Of a DNA stretch of 64,000 bases, positions 48,631 to 61,178 are shown one piece after another. The DNA lies in NCBI GenBank assembly GCA_013265495.1, contig MU058456.1, forward strand, positions 248,001 through 312,000, read 5' to 3'. The position numbers and the translations under genes were made by a program. Positions within the stretch are counted from its first letter, which is position 1; each line of letters opens with the position of its first letter. The notes below the pieces were generated by a model. That model saw nothing but the letters and a program-made list of their open reading frames with translations, searched no databases and had not been told where the DNA came from. The DNA is from Vicugna vicugna. Its lineage: Eukaryota.

Positions 48631-50604
48631 GGGAGTTATTATTATGCAAGCTCATTCATTCTCAACTGGTTCAGGTTATTCTGGTACAGGCATGTGAGGG
48701 CTCTGTCTCACTTCTATGGTGTCCAGTGTGACTTCGAAGAAAACCAAGAAAGATCGTGACCACATGTTGGGTGGTTTCCAGTGAAGTGAGGTTCCCATGA
48801 AATTTCTCTCAGGAACTGGCCAGCATGGTCTCTGAGGATGGAGATGGGTGCTACTCTGTTGAGTGGAGGCTCCCTGTTTTAATGCTCAAATGGTCCCCTT
48901 CGTGGTACTCCATCCCTCAACCATTCCTGGGTAAAGAATCATTTGTCTTCTTGGACAACTTCTCTTTGATCAACTCCCAGAATCCTAGGTACAAGAATTC
49001 AAATCAGTGGAAAGCTAGTTTACCTCTCAAAGAGTGGGGTGTGGTGGGGCTTAAACTTCAAACCTACCCAATGCAGTAAAGAAAAGAAAAACAAAACAAA
49101 ACTAGTGTGTTTCTATATTAAAATAGTCTGAATGTTCATCACCATCCACAGTGTGAGCCATGTCCATTTCTGAACTTTGAGACTTTTGCTCCAAGCTGGT
49201 TTCTGCCATTCCACCTAGAAATTGCTGCATTAGAGGAGATAGACTGTTTCTAGAATTATTTGCTGAGTAGTCTAGAATTCTTAGTTCTGATACTATCAAC
49301 TATAGATCAGAATATTTAGGAGAGATGTAGGGAAGAACTTCTCAATGATGCCAGTACCTATGGGCATCAATACCCTCAGAATTTTGGGAACTTTACCCGG
49401 AGAGCCTAGAGAATGGGCCGGGAGTAATCTGATCATTTAGTTCAGGTGTAGTTCTGTTCTGAGCTGGGAGGATAGATTAGATCTGTGTTTTCCAAAATGA
49501 GGTATGGTTTGCATCCAATGAAGAGCATCTAAGATAATTCTAGGTGATACGTGGATCAACATTTCTCATTTTAATATTAATATTCTAATTTTAATTAATT
49601 AAATAAACATCCCAACTTAAAGTGTCTTTTAAAAAAGTATACCCAGCATATCTCAGCTCTAATTTTACCTCTATTATTGCTTAGGCTAGGGCTAAAGAAA
49701 AGCAAATCAATGTAGAGTTCATTTGAGGAAAATATTAAACCTATTAAATTACAGGTATTATGCAGCCATGGCAAAATTCCCAAAGGTGGAGCTCAGATGA
49801 CAGAGGCTAGGGAGACACCACCCTCAGGGACAGAACTCCTGCCCTTGTCTCTCGCTGCCATGACCTTTGTCAGAGTTTCAACACAATCTAGATCTTTAAG
49901 GTCTTTTTCTTCCATCCACTGTCGGCGTGACGGGAGAGATTTCACGGGCTAATGTGATTTTCAGATATTTGGTGCAGAGGCCCCGCGGCCCAACCTGGGT
50001 AATGAAGAGTTCATCTCCCCGGCCGCTGAGGCTGCTCGCCATCCGCGTGTGATGTGCAGCCACTGATGAAGATGGAGTGGCTGGGCCGACGGTGTTATTA
50101 ATGCCAGCGCTGGATCTGTGAGCATCTGCAAGTGAAACAGAGTGAGATGCCCTTCACTTAAGCCCATGAGGACAATGAAAGCCAGTGTACCGCTTGTCTG
50201 GGAGCCAGAGGTGGGCCTGTTGTCACAGTAAAGAAATTCATTAGGGAAGATCTTGTACCAAGGACTGGAGAGAAAAAGAAAGAGGGTGGGAGAGGGTGTT
50301 GATTGAGCGACAGCAAATTAAAACTTTGTCCCTTGCTCTGGGATGCACATAGGTCCCTGCTTCTTGAGATTTATGACACAGAGGCCCCAGAGGGGCTTCT
50401 GAATGCCTGTGATCCAGCCATACCACACCCCCTTCCAAGCCATGGGCTGGATTCCTTTCTAGAGTTGGATGGGCTGCCATGACACCTCATGCAGACAGAA
50501 GAACTCTGAATGGGAGGATGTGCTGCAGAAAGAGGATGAAGGTCTCTAAAGTCCAATACAGAGAGTGAGATGATGGTCTGGGGTCCAGATGTTAGATACC
50601 TGGT

Positions 50605-50961
50605 ACAAAGTTTGCAAATTTAAAGGGGCAAGGCAGGTCACATAACTTGAAGTGGGCCAGGAGTATGTGGCAAGAAGTGGAGACCCCTGCAGTCTGGGAT
50701 CCCCATGCTCCATTTAAGGGGGCAGCCGCTCTGGGCACCAGACATTGTTTTGATGAGGAAATCCTAGTCCTTGTTTCTAGATCTCTGAGGTTTCAAGAGA
50801 AGCTAGATGTGAATATTTTAAAAATATACAAAACTCCCTGATTTAAAAACATTTAACTTAAATTTCTAAAAAAAATTTCTTTAATATTTTTTAAAAATCA
50901 GAAAGAAAAAGAAAACACCACACTGATAAAACTGATGACCTGGGTTTGGCCTGTGGGCCTC
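50605..50961. mobile_element. hAT-Charlie MITE relic (MER58/MER102-like), interrupted by MLT1
   Basis: caaagtttgcaaatt...gggtttggcctgtgggcctc, continuing after the LTR as gcctctattttcaaactccc. Confidence 0.45.
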
Positions 50962-51476
50962 TGTGGTGAGTGGAATAATGCCCTTCCCCCTAAAGATATC
51001 TATGTCCTAATTCCCAGGAAATGTGAATGTGTTATGTTACATGGCAAAGGAGAATTAAGGTTGCAGATGGAATTAAGTAGCTAATCAGCTGACCTTGAGA
51101 TGGGAAGATTAACTTGGATTATCCTGGTGGTCCCAATGTGATCACAATTGTCCTTAAAAGTGGACAGAGGAGGCTGAAGAGTTGGTGTCAGAGTGATAAA
51201 ATACGAGAATGAATCAGTGCAATGTTGCTGCTTTGAAGACGGAAGGGAGCCACCAGTTAAGGAGTGTGGGAAGCCTCTGGAAGGTGGAAAGGTCAAGGAA
51301 ATGGATTTGCCCCTAGAGCCTCCTGGGAGCAAATCAGCCCTGCTGACACCTTGGTTTTCACCCAGTAAGATGCATTTCAGACTTTTCAACTACATAACTG
51401 TAAAATGATAAATTTATGTTGTTTAAGCCATCAAATTTGTGATAATTCGTTACAGCAGCAAAAGGAAACTAACACA
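50962..51476 (+). mobile_element. MLT1D-like solo LTR with perfect 5-bp TSD
   Basis: tgtggtgagtggaataatgcc...gaattaaggttgcagatggaattaag...gttacagcagcaaaaggaaactaacaca. TSD gcctc at 50957-50961 and 51477-51481. Confidence 0.92.
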
Positions 51477-51804
51477 GCCTCTATTTTCAAACTCCCAATC
51501 TAGAGACTGAACGGGAGAAAGGTAATACAGTGAAAGCGGGGAAACACGTGGACCTCTGTTTGCCCTTTGTAATAACGAGGGAGAGGTGGAGAGAACGACT
51601 GCTAGGCGTGGCTGCTTGAATTCCTTAGTGACCGTTTTAATAAAAATACCTGCCCCGTTGACCACATGCATCTGATCTTTTACTTCTGAGACATCCAGCT
51701 CTGTTCTTGGGGCACTTTGGGGGCAAAGATCCAGGCGCTTTGCAGGTCGGTATACCTGGTTCACCATGGCCTTGGTGCTCACCAATAATCTGTGGGATCG
51801 GCTG

Positions 51805-52070
51805 TATTTCTTAGCCTCCTTGGCAGTTGGGTTGGGGCCACATGGCCAATGGGATGTGAACAGAAGTGACGGAGGGTACTTCCAGGCCTAGTGCCTCGAT
51901 ACGCCCATGTAATCTCCAGCTCCTTTCTTTCCCTGGCTATGGTGAGGCTTTGTGTTCCAGATTATTTAGCTACAAGATGGAGGAGGACTGTCCCACCTGT
52001 TCATGAGCAAGAAATCAACTTTTGTTTTGTTGAACCACTAGGTTTTAGAATTGTCTGTGGCAACATACTG
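51805..52070 (+). mobile_element. MaLR/ERVL LTR fragment (MLT1J-like)
   Basis: tatttcttagcctccttggcagtt...ggccaatgggatgtgaacagaagtgac...gagcaagaaatcaacttttgttttgttgaaccact. Confidence 0.6.
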
Positions 52071-52599
52071 ATCAGTTGCTGAATCCGAAATGGACAAGAC
52101 AAGATGGAGGAGTGAATGTGGAAAGAGAAGTGAGCTGGAACCCAGGAGAGAAGATGTGTGATGGTTCAGAGGGGAACCATGGTTTCCCAAGTGTGATCTG
52201 GAAACCACTAATGGGAACTGAGTATGTGAAGGTGGCAAACAGAAGAACATTCTACAAATTTTAATAGGCAAGGATTTATTTTATTTTATTCAACATATAT
52301 GTCTACCCTGTAATTTCACAGATATTTTTTGCTTAGGAGTCAATCAGAACTAGGCTTAAAACATATTAAATAACAAATATACAAGTAGTACATAGGGGTG
52401 GAACAAAAATATGAAGGTGGCATTTAAATAACTGAAATTTAGGGACCATGAAAATAAGCCATAAGAAAGTAAAGGAAGCTTGTAGTATATATCTGAAAAA
52501 AATAGATAGTTGCCATGGCTTTTGCTATGGGAAAGCACATATTTAGCTCTAAAATCCTAGGAATTAAGGGGGACCTAAAATGATCAGCTCCTTTTTACC

Positions 52600-53005
52600 T
52601 TTATAATGATGTCCAGCTTCCTTGGCCTGGCATTCAAGACCTTTTAGATGGCTAATATCTACAGCAGCTTAACTTGTCAGTTAAATTTCTGTTAGCCATT
52701 GTATGTGATTCTACTGCTAAATTCCACCCAATTTGTGAGCCATAACTCAAATCCTATCTCCACAATGCTTTACCTTATTACTCCCCAATAAAAATAATCT
52801 TACCCTCTTGAAAGGTCTTAAAGCACCTATTCCTGGCACCAGCCAGACACAGTCTTGAGGTAGAGTTATTTGTATAAGCATCTTGCCTTCCCATTTAAAT
52901 TGTAAGCTCCTGGACAAGACTGATCCTGTTCTTACAATATTTCTTTGAATCTTTCGTGCTCCCTGATAATTTTCAGTAATACACAATCAACATACTGGTT
53001 GTAAT
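52600..53005 (+). mobile_element. LINE-2 3' fragment
   Basis: ccagcttccttggcctggcattcaagacctt...attgtaagctcctggacaagac...cagtaatacacaatcaacatactggttg. Confidence 0.6.
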
Positions 53006-53329
53006 TTTTTATTGTAAAACATCTGTTTCTCGTGCTTCAGAGCTTTTCAAAGCACAAGCCAAGAATTGCTGGAGATACGAGAATCGAGCTGTCCTATGAC
53101 ATGAGGATAATTTAATGAGCTTTCTGTTTGAAGAAACTTCTAGGCTCTAATGAAGATATCTATTGGGAGTGTCATGAGGTTTGCTGCTACCTGGTTTATT
53201 ATAATGGTCACGTTGGTGAAATGTTTTCAGGCAGGATGTCAAAAGTTATGGTAGCTGCTGAAGCAGGTAGACTTCAAAATTCAATTATAGAATTTGATTT
53301 CTCTCTTATCTAATAGTCAAAGCAAGCCA

Positions 53330-53575
53330 GCTTTCCTCGGCATGGTTATTCAGGAACCAAGGCTCCTTTCATCGTGTGGCTCAGCCATTCTCTAAGCTGT
53401 GTCATCAGCTCCATCCAACTGGCAGAAGATGAGAGGTTGTGAATCGGGTACTCCCACTTTTAAAGAACTCTGGTTAGGAAAGGACATACCTGATTCCAAC
53501 TCACAGTCCACGGGTGAAAACTAGTCACACGGTCCCATCTAGACGTCAAGGGGCTGGGAAATGTGGTCCCTAGGT
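53330..53575 (-). mobile_element. Old MLT1 LTR fragment (MLT1J/K/L-like)
   Basis: tcaggaaccaaggctcctttcatc...aactagtcacacggtcccatctag...aaggggctgggaaatgtggtc. Confidence 0.6.
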
Positions 53576-54254
53576 GCTTCTCATCAAACTTTTAATTACG
53601 GATTGGAGAGTGTGGACTCTGTGTGGAGCGCTGGCATGCAGCTGGGTCAGCCCACCAGCTGTCTTCTGAGTTTAGCCACCACTTAATTTGATTTACAAGG
53701 AAATGTGGGAGAGTTTGGGAAATAACTGGAACTACAGAGGAAAACAATGGACGAAGATAACCTGAGAAATAGTTGAAATGGAAACAAAGCCCGTCCAGGT
53801 CCCTAAACGACAGTCTCCATCTTTTTCGGTGATAAAGAGAGACCCAGCACAGGTGCTGGAGCCCAGATATGCAAAATTCTGCAATGAGGAAAAGTGGGTG
53901 GAGGGCGGCTCTTCTAATCTGTGTGCTTTGGAGGGTCATTTTGGGATTCTGGCCTAGTGGAGGCGTCAAGTTGCCAGGCACTTCTGTCTGGACTGCTGGC
54001 CAGTTTATGGTGCTTTCCTGACCACTGGACGTGGGAGAGAAGAACCAAAGGTACTGGCTTTTAGGTAAAATGGTATCTTTTTTTCACTACATTTTCTTCT
54101 GTTCTCTTATTTGAGCTTTATAATAATTTGATGTCATAGGGAATATTGTCATTTAGTAGACTAGGAAAGTGAGTCATGGAAATGCCCCAGACTCTCACAG
54201 GAGTGTCTGAGTCAGGACCAGACCCTTGATTTTCTGACTCTAAATTCACGGCCC

Positions 54255-54342
54255 AGGTGGGTATAGCTCAGTGGTAGTGTGCAAGCTTAGTATGCATGAG
54301 GTCCTGAGTTCAATCCCCAGTACTTCCATTTAAAAAAAAAAT
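54255..54342 (+). mobile_element. Short tRNA-Ala-derived retroposon (truncated vic-1-like SINE or tRNA retropseudogene)
   Basis: ggtgggtatagctcagtggtagtgtgcaagcttagtatgcatgaggtcctgagttcaatccccagtacttccattt plus A10. Degenerate TSD ctaaattcacggccc (54240-54254) / ctagattcaaggtcc (54348-54362). Confidence 0.85.
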
Positions 54343-54869
54343 TAGAGCTAGATTCAAGGTCCGTTTCATTACAACACAAAATCCCCTCTGGGAAACAGTT
54401 GGCTTTAGGTAAAAAGGAGAAATAGGTCAATTCTGTCCTTCAATCCTGCAGGTTCTTTTTTCTGTGACCTTTTGCCCTCTCAGATATCAGTTCCCTAACT
54501 TCAGTCGACTTGCCCTGATCCCCTAATCCCCTTGGCTGTGCTAACTTCTGTCTCCCCCAGAGGCATTGGCATCTTTTTCTAGGCCAAATATAAAGAGATG
54601 TGGCTCTATTAGCGGGGGTCCTGTCTGAGGATGTTGGGGAGCATGAAGGCCTGTTCCAGCACCTGTGAAACACAAGTAAACAATCACACGCTCCATAAAG
54701 TCAGTTCCAGCCCCAGCCACCATTGCAATGACCATCGCTTCTTGCCAGAGCATAAATCACACACGTCAGAGTTTACAGCTGCAAAGGATTTTAGAAATCA
54801 CCCAATCTAGCTATTTATGTTTGGGTGGTAAATATATGAGTACTTGACAAGACGGTCACTCCCAACAGC

Positions 54870-55305
54870 GATCAGAACAATGCAATTAAAACGAGAAGAC
54901 CAAGTTTTCCTCTGTCAGGTTGACAAAAACAAAACCATATCCAGTGTTAGCAGGAATGTGGGAGAATTGTCTCTCTAATACACTGTTGTATGACTATGGA
55001 TTGGTAACAACTTTTGGGGTTATTTTGGCACATTTCAAAGCAAAACTTGAAATAATTAAAAAAATTAAAAAGTAATTTGAAAAGTCTAAATTTAAATAGC
55101 AAAAAAAATTAAAAGCAAAAATTAAATGGCTATAGCGACTTCACATGCAAAGATCCCTGTATCCACAGAGGTGCACAAAATTATGCATTCATGTATAATC
55201 GTAAAAAAATGGAGAAAACAAATATTTTGGCAGAGGAAGTGCTGAATTAATTATAAAAAAAATCTATATTGTGGGTTTTGTGTAGCTGTTGAAAAGAATG
55301 ATTTA
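54870..55305 (+). mobile_element. Old L1ME 3' fragment
   Basis: atgcaattaaaacga...atatccagtgttagcaggaatgtgggaga...attggtaacaacttttgggg...gtagctgttgaaaagaatga. Confidence 0.55.
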
Positions 55306-55309
55306 GAAG

Positions 55310-55934
55310 TGTATAATGGTACCGCTGCTTTGGAAAATACTTGGTAGTTCCTCAAAAAAGTTAAACGGAGAGTTGCCATATGACTCAAAAGGATATAACC
55401 AAGAGTATTGACAATCTATGTCCACACAAAACTTGCACACAAATGTTCTTAGCAGCATTATTCATAAGAGCCCCCAAATGTAAACAAGCCAAACATCATT
55501 CAACTAATGGATGGATAAGCAAAAGGTGGTATATCCATACAATGGAATATTATTTAGCCATAAACAGCAATGAAGCACTGATTCATGCCACAGTGTGGGT
55601 GAAATTTGAAAACATTATGCTATGTGAAAAAAGCCAGACACAAAAGGGCACAGACTGTAGGATTCTAGTCATATGAAATGTTCAGAAGATGCAAATCCAC
55701 AGAGACAAAAAGTCTATGGATGGTTTCCAGGGGCTGAGGAGAGGGAAGCAATTGGGGGCGGGGTGACTGCTAATGAATACAGACAGAGCTCCTCAGGATG
55801 GGGATGGAAACATCCTGGAATTAGAACTTTGTGAGTCATGTGGCAACTCTTTGTGAACAATACACTGAAAGCCATTGAGTCATAAACTTTAAAATTGAGT
55901 TTAATAGTTTGTGAACTGTATCTCAAAAAAAAAA
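55310..55934 (+). mobile_element. L1MB/L1MC 3' end with A tail
   Basis: Degraded ORF2 end (TCTQMFLAALF...WYIHTMEYY) and 3'UTR ...gtgaactgtatctcaaaaaaaaa. Confidence 0.85.
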
Positions 55935-56040
55935 GATCTGTCTCTCTGATATAGAAGTGTGTTTCTGATACATTGTAGATTCAAAAACAAGTTGTTGGAC
56001 AATAGATAGCTTTTTTTTTTAATCATGTAACAAAACAAAC

Positions 56041-56458
56041 TGTATCAGTTATGGTCCAACCAGAAAAATTAAAAGCCCTATAAATATTTAAAAAGAGAGA
56101 GAATTTAATGCAGGGAATTGATTGCAAAGGAAAGAGCACCCCTACATTGGAAAGACAGAGAGAGGAGACAGTAATACCAGAGTCACTGTGTGGAGGGTCT
56201 GTCCCATGGAAGCTGAAGCCTGGGGGGAATTGCAGCCACTACAGAGATGCCATAGGAAGCAGGGCGATGGGGAGAAATACCCTCCCTTTCTCTCCTCCTC
56301 CCATTGTTTGGTCTCCCTCCCATCATAAGCTATTGATCATATTTATGCAGAAGCCAGGGGGAAAGAGAGCCTGGGAAATGTAGTTCCCTGCAGTACAGAA
56401 CAGAGCAGGAGAGGCACAGAGAGTGGCTATGAAAGCAAGTAGGCAGTTGACCTACACA
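56041..56458 (-). mobile_element. ERVL-type LTR (LTR40/LTR41-like)
   Basis: Starts tgtatcagttatggtccaaccagaaaa...gaatttaatgcagggaattg...gcctgggaaatgtagttc...tgacctacaca. Confidence 0.6.
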
Positions 56459-58700
56459 CTGTATCCCTTTTGCAACCAGCTGCCTGTTCTCATCTTCCTG
56501 TCATGAGGCATGAGTCATATAAACCAAAAATGTCCTCACCCTCTCAACAAGGGGAGGCCCAGAGCCCCATCGTTGTCATTGTCCACTTTGAGTGCATAAT
56601 TTCCGGTAGATACAATCCTTCCCAAAGGTCTGGATGTGACTTCTCATAGTCTGGTGGTCTCTCAACTTAATTGTAAAGTTAAATGCTGCTGACACTTAGC
56701 ATCAAAAATAAGGGATGAGAAAAGAAAAGAGAGAGAAAAAGAATCTATTAATAGAAACATAACAAAATATTCATAGCTGCTAAAGTCCTCATTTCTGTAC
56801 CTGGCATAAGAGGATAGTTGATATTTACCATTTCTTCCTCCCGCCACCTGTCCCCAGTCACCTTGCTCTTAGCCAGCACTCTACTTCTTGGGGTTTTTGA
56901 CCCAGTGGGGTGATAAAATCACAATTCCTGGAGGCTCTGAGTCTTTAGTGGCCATGCCTTTATTGGACTGCTCTATTCTTCTATTGATTTTTATTTGGAA
57001 GTCAGAAGAGGCATCTAAGATTATCCCTGGGCTCCAAAGATGGCCTCTCTGCCCCCACTGTGTAGTAGCAACCCAAGTTCCCCTTGACAATTGAAATTAA
57101 CCCCATTCTCTTTTGATCCAGTGACTTGAGGTAATCCCACTAGCTAGCTGGCAGGCAGTCTCCCCTTCTTCTTCCCTGTGGAAGCCATCATCTCTTGGGA
57201 GCACATCCAAGATTGCAGGGACAGGAAACACATCTCTGAGAATGGGTATATAGCAAATGGGGCCAGTCCTCATCCCTCAGTCCCCAGACCTGGGTGTTCT
57301 GACTGCAGGAGAAAGAGCTCAGACCATTTACTGCAGTTTAAAGCATATATTGCATCCTCTAGGACAGAACCCAGCCTCACAGGGTGTGGTCTCCCATCTG
57401 GCACTGTGGCTGGGTCTATAACAAGCTATTCTGTCAGACCAGTCACTGTGGGTCTGTGCCAAGGACAGTGAATTCCATGAATGTGAAGCCACTGCTGCGC
57501 CTCCTTCACTATAAAATATATTACTTGCTCAGAATGTTGTGTGAGACACTCATCATGATAAATGAGGCGTTCCCTAAATCCACAGACAATGGCATTGACA
57601 GAAATATGCGAAGCTCTTTAGACCAGGGAAGTTTGGCATCTTGATGTAATTGAACGTCAGCAGTTGAGACCAAGGCTCAGTCAACCAATCAAGGAAACAG
57701 CTATTTCTAGCTGCATGAGCTAGGACATTGTCTGGACTTTTGAGTAAGTGTATCCTTATTGACAAATTCAGCCTCATCTAATTTTATTTTCTATTCTTAG
57801 GCTGTTACCCTTAAAATCTGCTGGCACAGCCGTTCTCCAGGTTCCTGCTCGTAAGAAATAGCAACAGCTTGTACTTCCTTTGGTGGATAGGATGTCTTTT
57901 CCCAGAATACACCTTGCAATTCTCCCCTTACAGTACAGTGGGGTCGGATTCTACTTACAGGTCCAGAGGCAGTAAGAGCTAATAGGAGTGGGTCTTGAGG
58001 AGAACAGTGTCCCATTGCAAAAGTTGCCTAAGATAAGATCATTACATTATATTACAGTGACTTTAAGCAAGGGAAGGCTAGTTTCCAGAGATGGAGGAAG
58101 ACAGTCTGCCTCCACGGGAAAGGGGGGTTCAGAGGGCTTTGCCAGTTCAAGGTTCTAAGCATTGTCAAACCATCCAAATGTCCCCTTCTCAAGGCTCAGT
58201 ATCCCACTTCTTCTCAACTAATAATGTGACTTTAATATATGAGACACGGCTAGGTTTTGTATCCAGTTTACAATGCTATTCTGTAATGTGCACTATTTGA
58301 TTGGGGCCAAATCTTCAGGCGTGTCTACCCCATGGCTACTGGAAATAAGAGCTTCTTTTAAAGACGGCAAAGCAGCTCAATGGTTTGCTGCACCTGTACC
58401 CGAGCTTATAGTAAGCTCAGGCACCTTTAGAAGCAGCAGGCCACTTAATAGCTTACACCAGTCCAGTGCAGGAGTTACTTGATTTTCCAAAATTTTGTCT
58501 TAACTGGCATATTATCCCAGGCAACTGTCAGGTAATTAAGTGAAGATGTTCCCCTGCATGCCAGCTATTACTTCCATCTACAAGGAGATTATCACTATAT
58601 TATGCTCTAACAGGTGAGCAATGCAAAGCAGAATTCTATTTTGAGAAATCTGTTTTTTAAAAAACCATTCCAAGAGCTATATCAACTAAGAGAATAAGGT
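56459..58700 (-). mobile_element. Degraded ERVL internal sequence (ERV3-16A3-like)
   Basis: Motifs tgacccagtgggg...tctgagtctttagtggccatgcc...ggacagaacccagcctcac...ggacagtgaattccatga...aaggcattc-like/aatccacaga resemble antisense ERVL pol remnants; no open frame. Confidence 0.55.
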
Positions 58701-58769
58701 ACTTCTCTGGTACTTAAGAGAGAGGAATCTACAGTAAGGTGCCTATGCTTAACACTATTGAACTGCACA

Positions 58770-59150
58770 CTTAGAAATGGTCAAGATGATTATCTGAGTG
58801 AGTCTGGTACCGAGAATTGGCTTTAGGAGATGGAAGAACAGAGAAGCAAATGGAAGATCTTGAGATCATCCAGTGATTAGCAACAGAAGAAGCTGCCCCC
58901 ATCCCTCTGTTAGAGGAAAGGGTAGAGAAGACAAGCTGTCAGAATCAGGGTCATCCTCTGGAGCTGAACTTGGTGCCTGTCATGTGACCTCTGAAGCTGT
59001 GGAGGAGATGCCATAGGATGCAGAGGAAGGCTTCTTCCTGCCTCCAACCCTCCAGTTTTCCACCAGTGCCTTCACTGGCAGAGCTGACCAGCTGCCCACA
59101 GATACAGAAGCAGAGTAGGGGAGGGACCCTCAGGAGGCTGACCTGTAACA
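58770..59150 (-). mobile_element. Second ERVL-type LTR remnant
   Basis: cctccaaccctccagttttccaccagtgccttcactggcagagctgacc...tacagaagcagagtaggggagg...tgacctgtaaca shares terminal motifs with 56041-56458. Confidence 0.45.
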
Positions 59151-61178
59151 CACACACCTCTCTGCAGGTATGTATAAATGTACAGAAAAAAGTCTGGAAG
59201 CATATATGCCAATAGCAAAGTGGACTGCATCTCTCAGGAGTGCGCAGTGACCCCAGATGGCCCCTCCCTTGGAACAACTCATGCCTTTGAGGAGAGTGTC
59301 CCCGAGGCAGCTCTGGGGAAACGGATGCAGGCAGCCAAAAGGAAGTGGTGGGCGGGACTGGAGTCTCTATCAAATAGGTCATGACACCCTGTCTTCTGTG
59401 ACCCAGCTCTGCCCCAGGAGGAGCAGAGCGGCCACCCAGCAAAGCCCAAAGCAGAAAAGGAAGGCGGCTCTGCTGAATGGTGAGAGGTGGTTTTACGGGA
59501 GTGGAGGCTGGGAAAAGGGTGAGTGCTGGAAAGCAAGGAAGAGGGGAGGGCCGACTTCAGAACGGCCCCTGTGAGTGTGGAGACAGGCAGCAGGGGAGGC
59601 GGGGCAGGAGTGTGGAAGCTCAGAATGTTTTGGCCTGCCTTCTGTTTGACTATGTCACTTCAATGTGGTCACTTCAGTCTGGCAGCCCACAGTGCTTTTT
59701 ACAGCATCACTAATCAAATATTCTATTGGATCTATGCAGGGCAGCCACAAAGCTGCCCTCCTTGGGGACCTGGATGCATCACTGTCATCCAACTGGTGCT
59801 TTCCTGCCAAGCAGGCACAAGTCTGGCCACAAAGTCTTGGTTATGTCATGACCCAGACACAACCGCAGCGACAGTGGACGGTGGCGAAGGAGCGCCTGTC
59901 AACCCCAGCCTTCTTTCTGCAGAGATCAGCACTCTGCCTTCACTGAATTAACGTAAATATTCATTTTCTGATATAACAATGAGGCAATTGCTTAAGCAGA
60001 ATACATTTTTTTTTGGTGGCTCTTTGTCCGCTGTAGTTAAAGGGTCAAGGGCAAGGCAACCCTCAAGTACTTTGCATTTCTGGGCGGGGAGGAGGTGGGG
60101 AGGGAGTCCGATCACTTTGACAGGCCTGTGGGATCCCTCCAGGGGCTTAATTACTCTGGCCTCACGCTCTGTGGCTGGCCTGGAGCTGAGGGGAGCGCAG
60201 ACGCTTGCAAGGTCTGGATGTGTGCCTTCCCATCCTAGCCCCAGTTGAAGGGGGAGCGGCTGGTCCCTGAGCCCTAGGAAGACCAGGGGAGGCCTGGCTC
60301 AGCCTCCCCCAGGCCCACAGGGCTGGGCAACCGAGGCGGGCCACCGAGGCCTGCCCATCTGCCACCCGCCTTGGTTTTAATGAAAACTGCCCACGTGCTG
60401 CTGCTCATTCCTAATTATCTGCTCCGGCCTGGCCGGCTGACGTGTTTATTTTGTGGCTGCCAGACTGGTGGAGAGGATCCTTTCATAAAGAATCACACCC
60501 CTTTCAAGTTGAGTTTCCTTCTCCCCCATCATTTGTTTTCGCAAACATTTCAGGATTAATTGAACACTCTTCCCCCTTCCAACCAAAACACATGCTCGCC
60601 TTCCCTGCACAATATGGCAGTCTTGGCGTTTGATCATCTCGGTCTGCTCTCATGTCTGAGTCCCCAGTGCTGACAGAAGACTGGTCTCAAGTAACCTCTG
60701 GCCGCTGTGTTGGAGAAAATTGAGTTTCATTTCAGATTAGCCTCTTCAGTTTCTGTCTCTGAAAAGCTCATTTTCTCTAAATCTGGGTTTGGATATCTTC
60801 AGGCTCACCTCAAGCATGAGACCGCATATCTTTCCCTCGTCTTTTTAATTATAAGGATGGGTCTGGAAGCTTCATACAATATGTCATGTTTTGAGTAAGG
60901 AAAGAAGGGGACGAGAGTCAGCTCTGGGCAGACTTTAAAAGCGTCAAGTAAAGATCATTCTTCTCTGACATGATTTCTCTATTAAGACTCCACAGGAAAA
61001 AAGAGAGCTAGGAATTAAAATGATTGTCTTCTTTATTTCTGCTGTTGCACTCCTCATTTTAAAAACAGAGACAAAAAACTATTGATCAACTCCATTATCA
61101 TCCTCTTTCTCCATCAAGGGTTGCTTAATAATCTGGGATGCTCAGAAGAGTCCCCTGGGGTTTAAAATTTTACCCACG

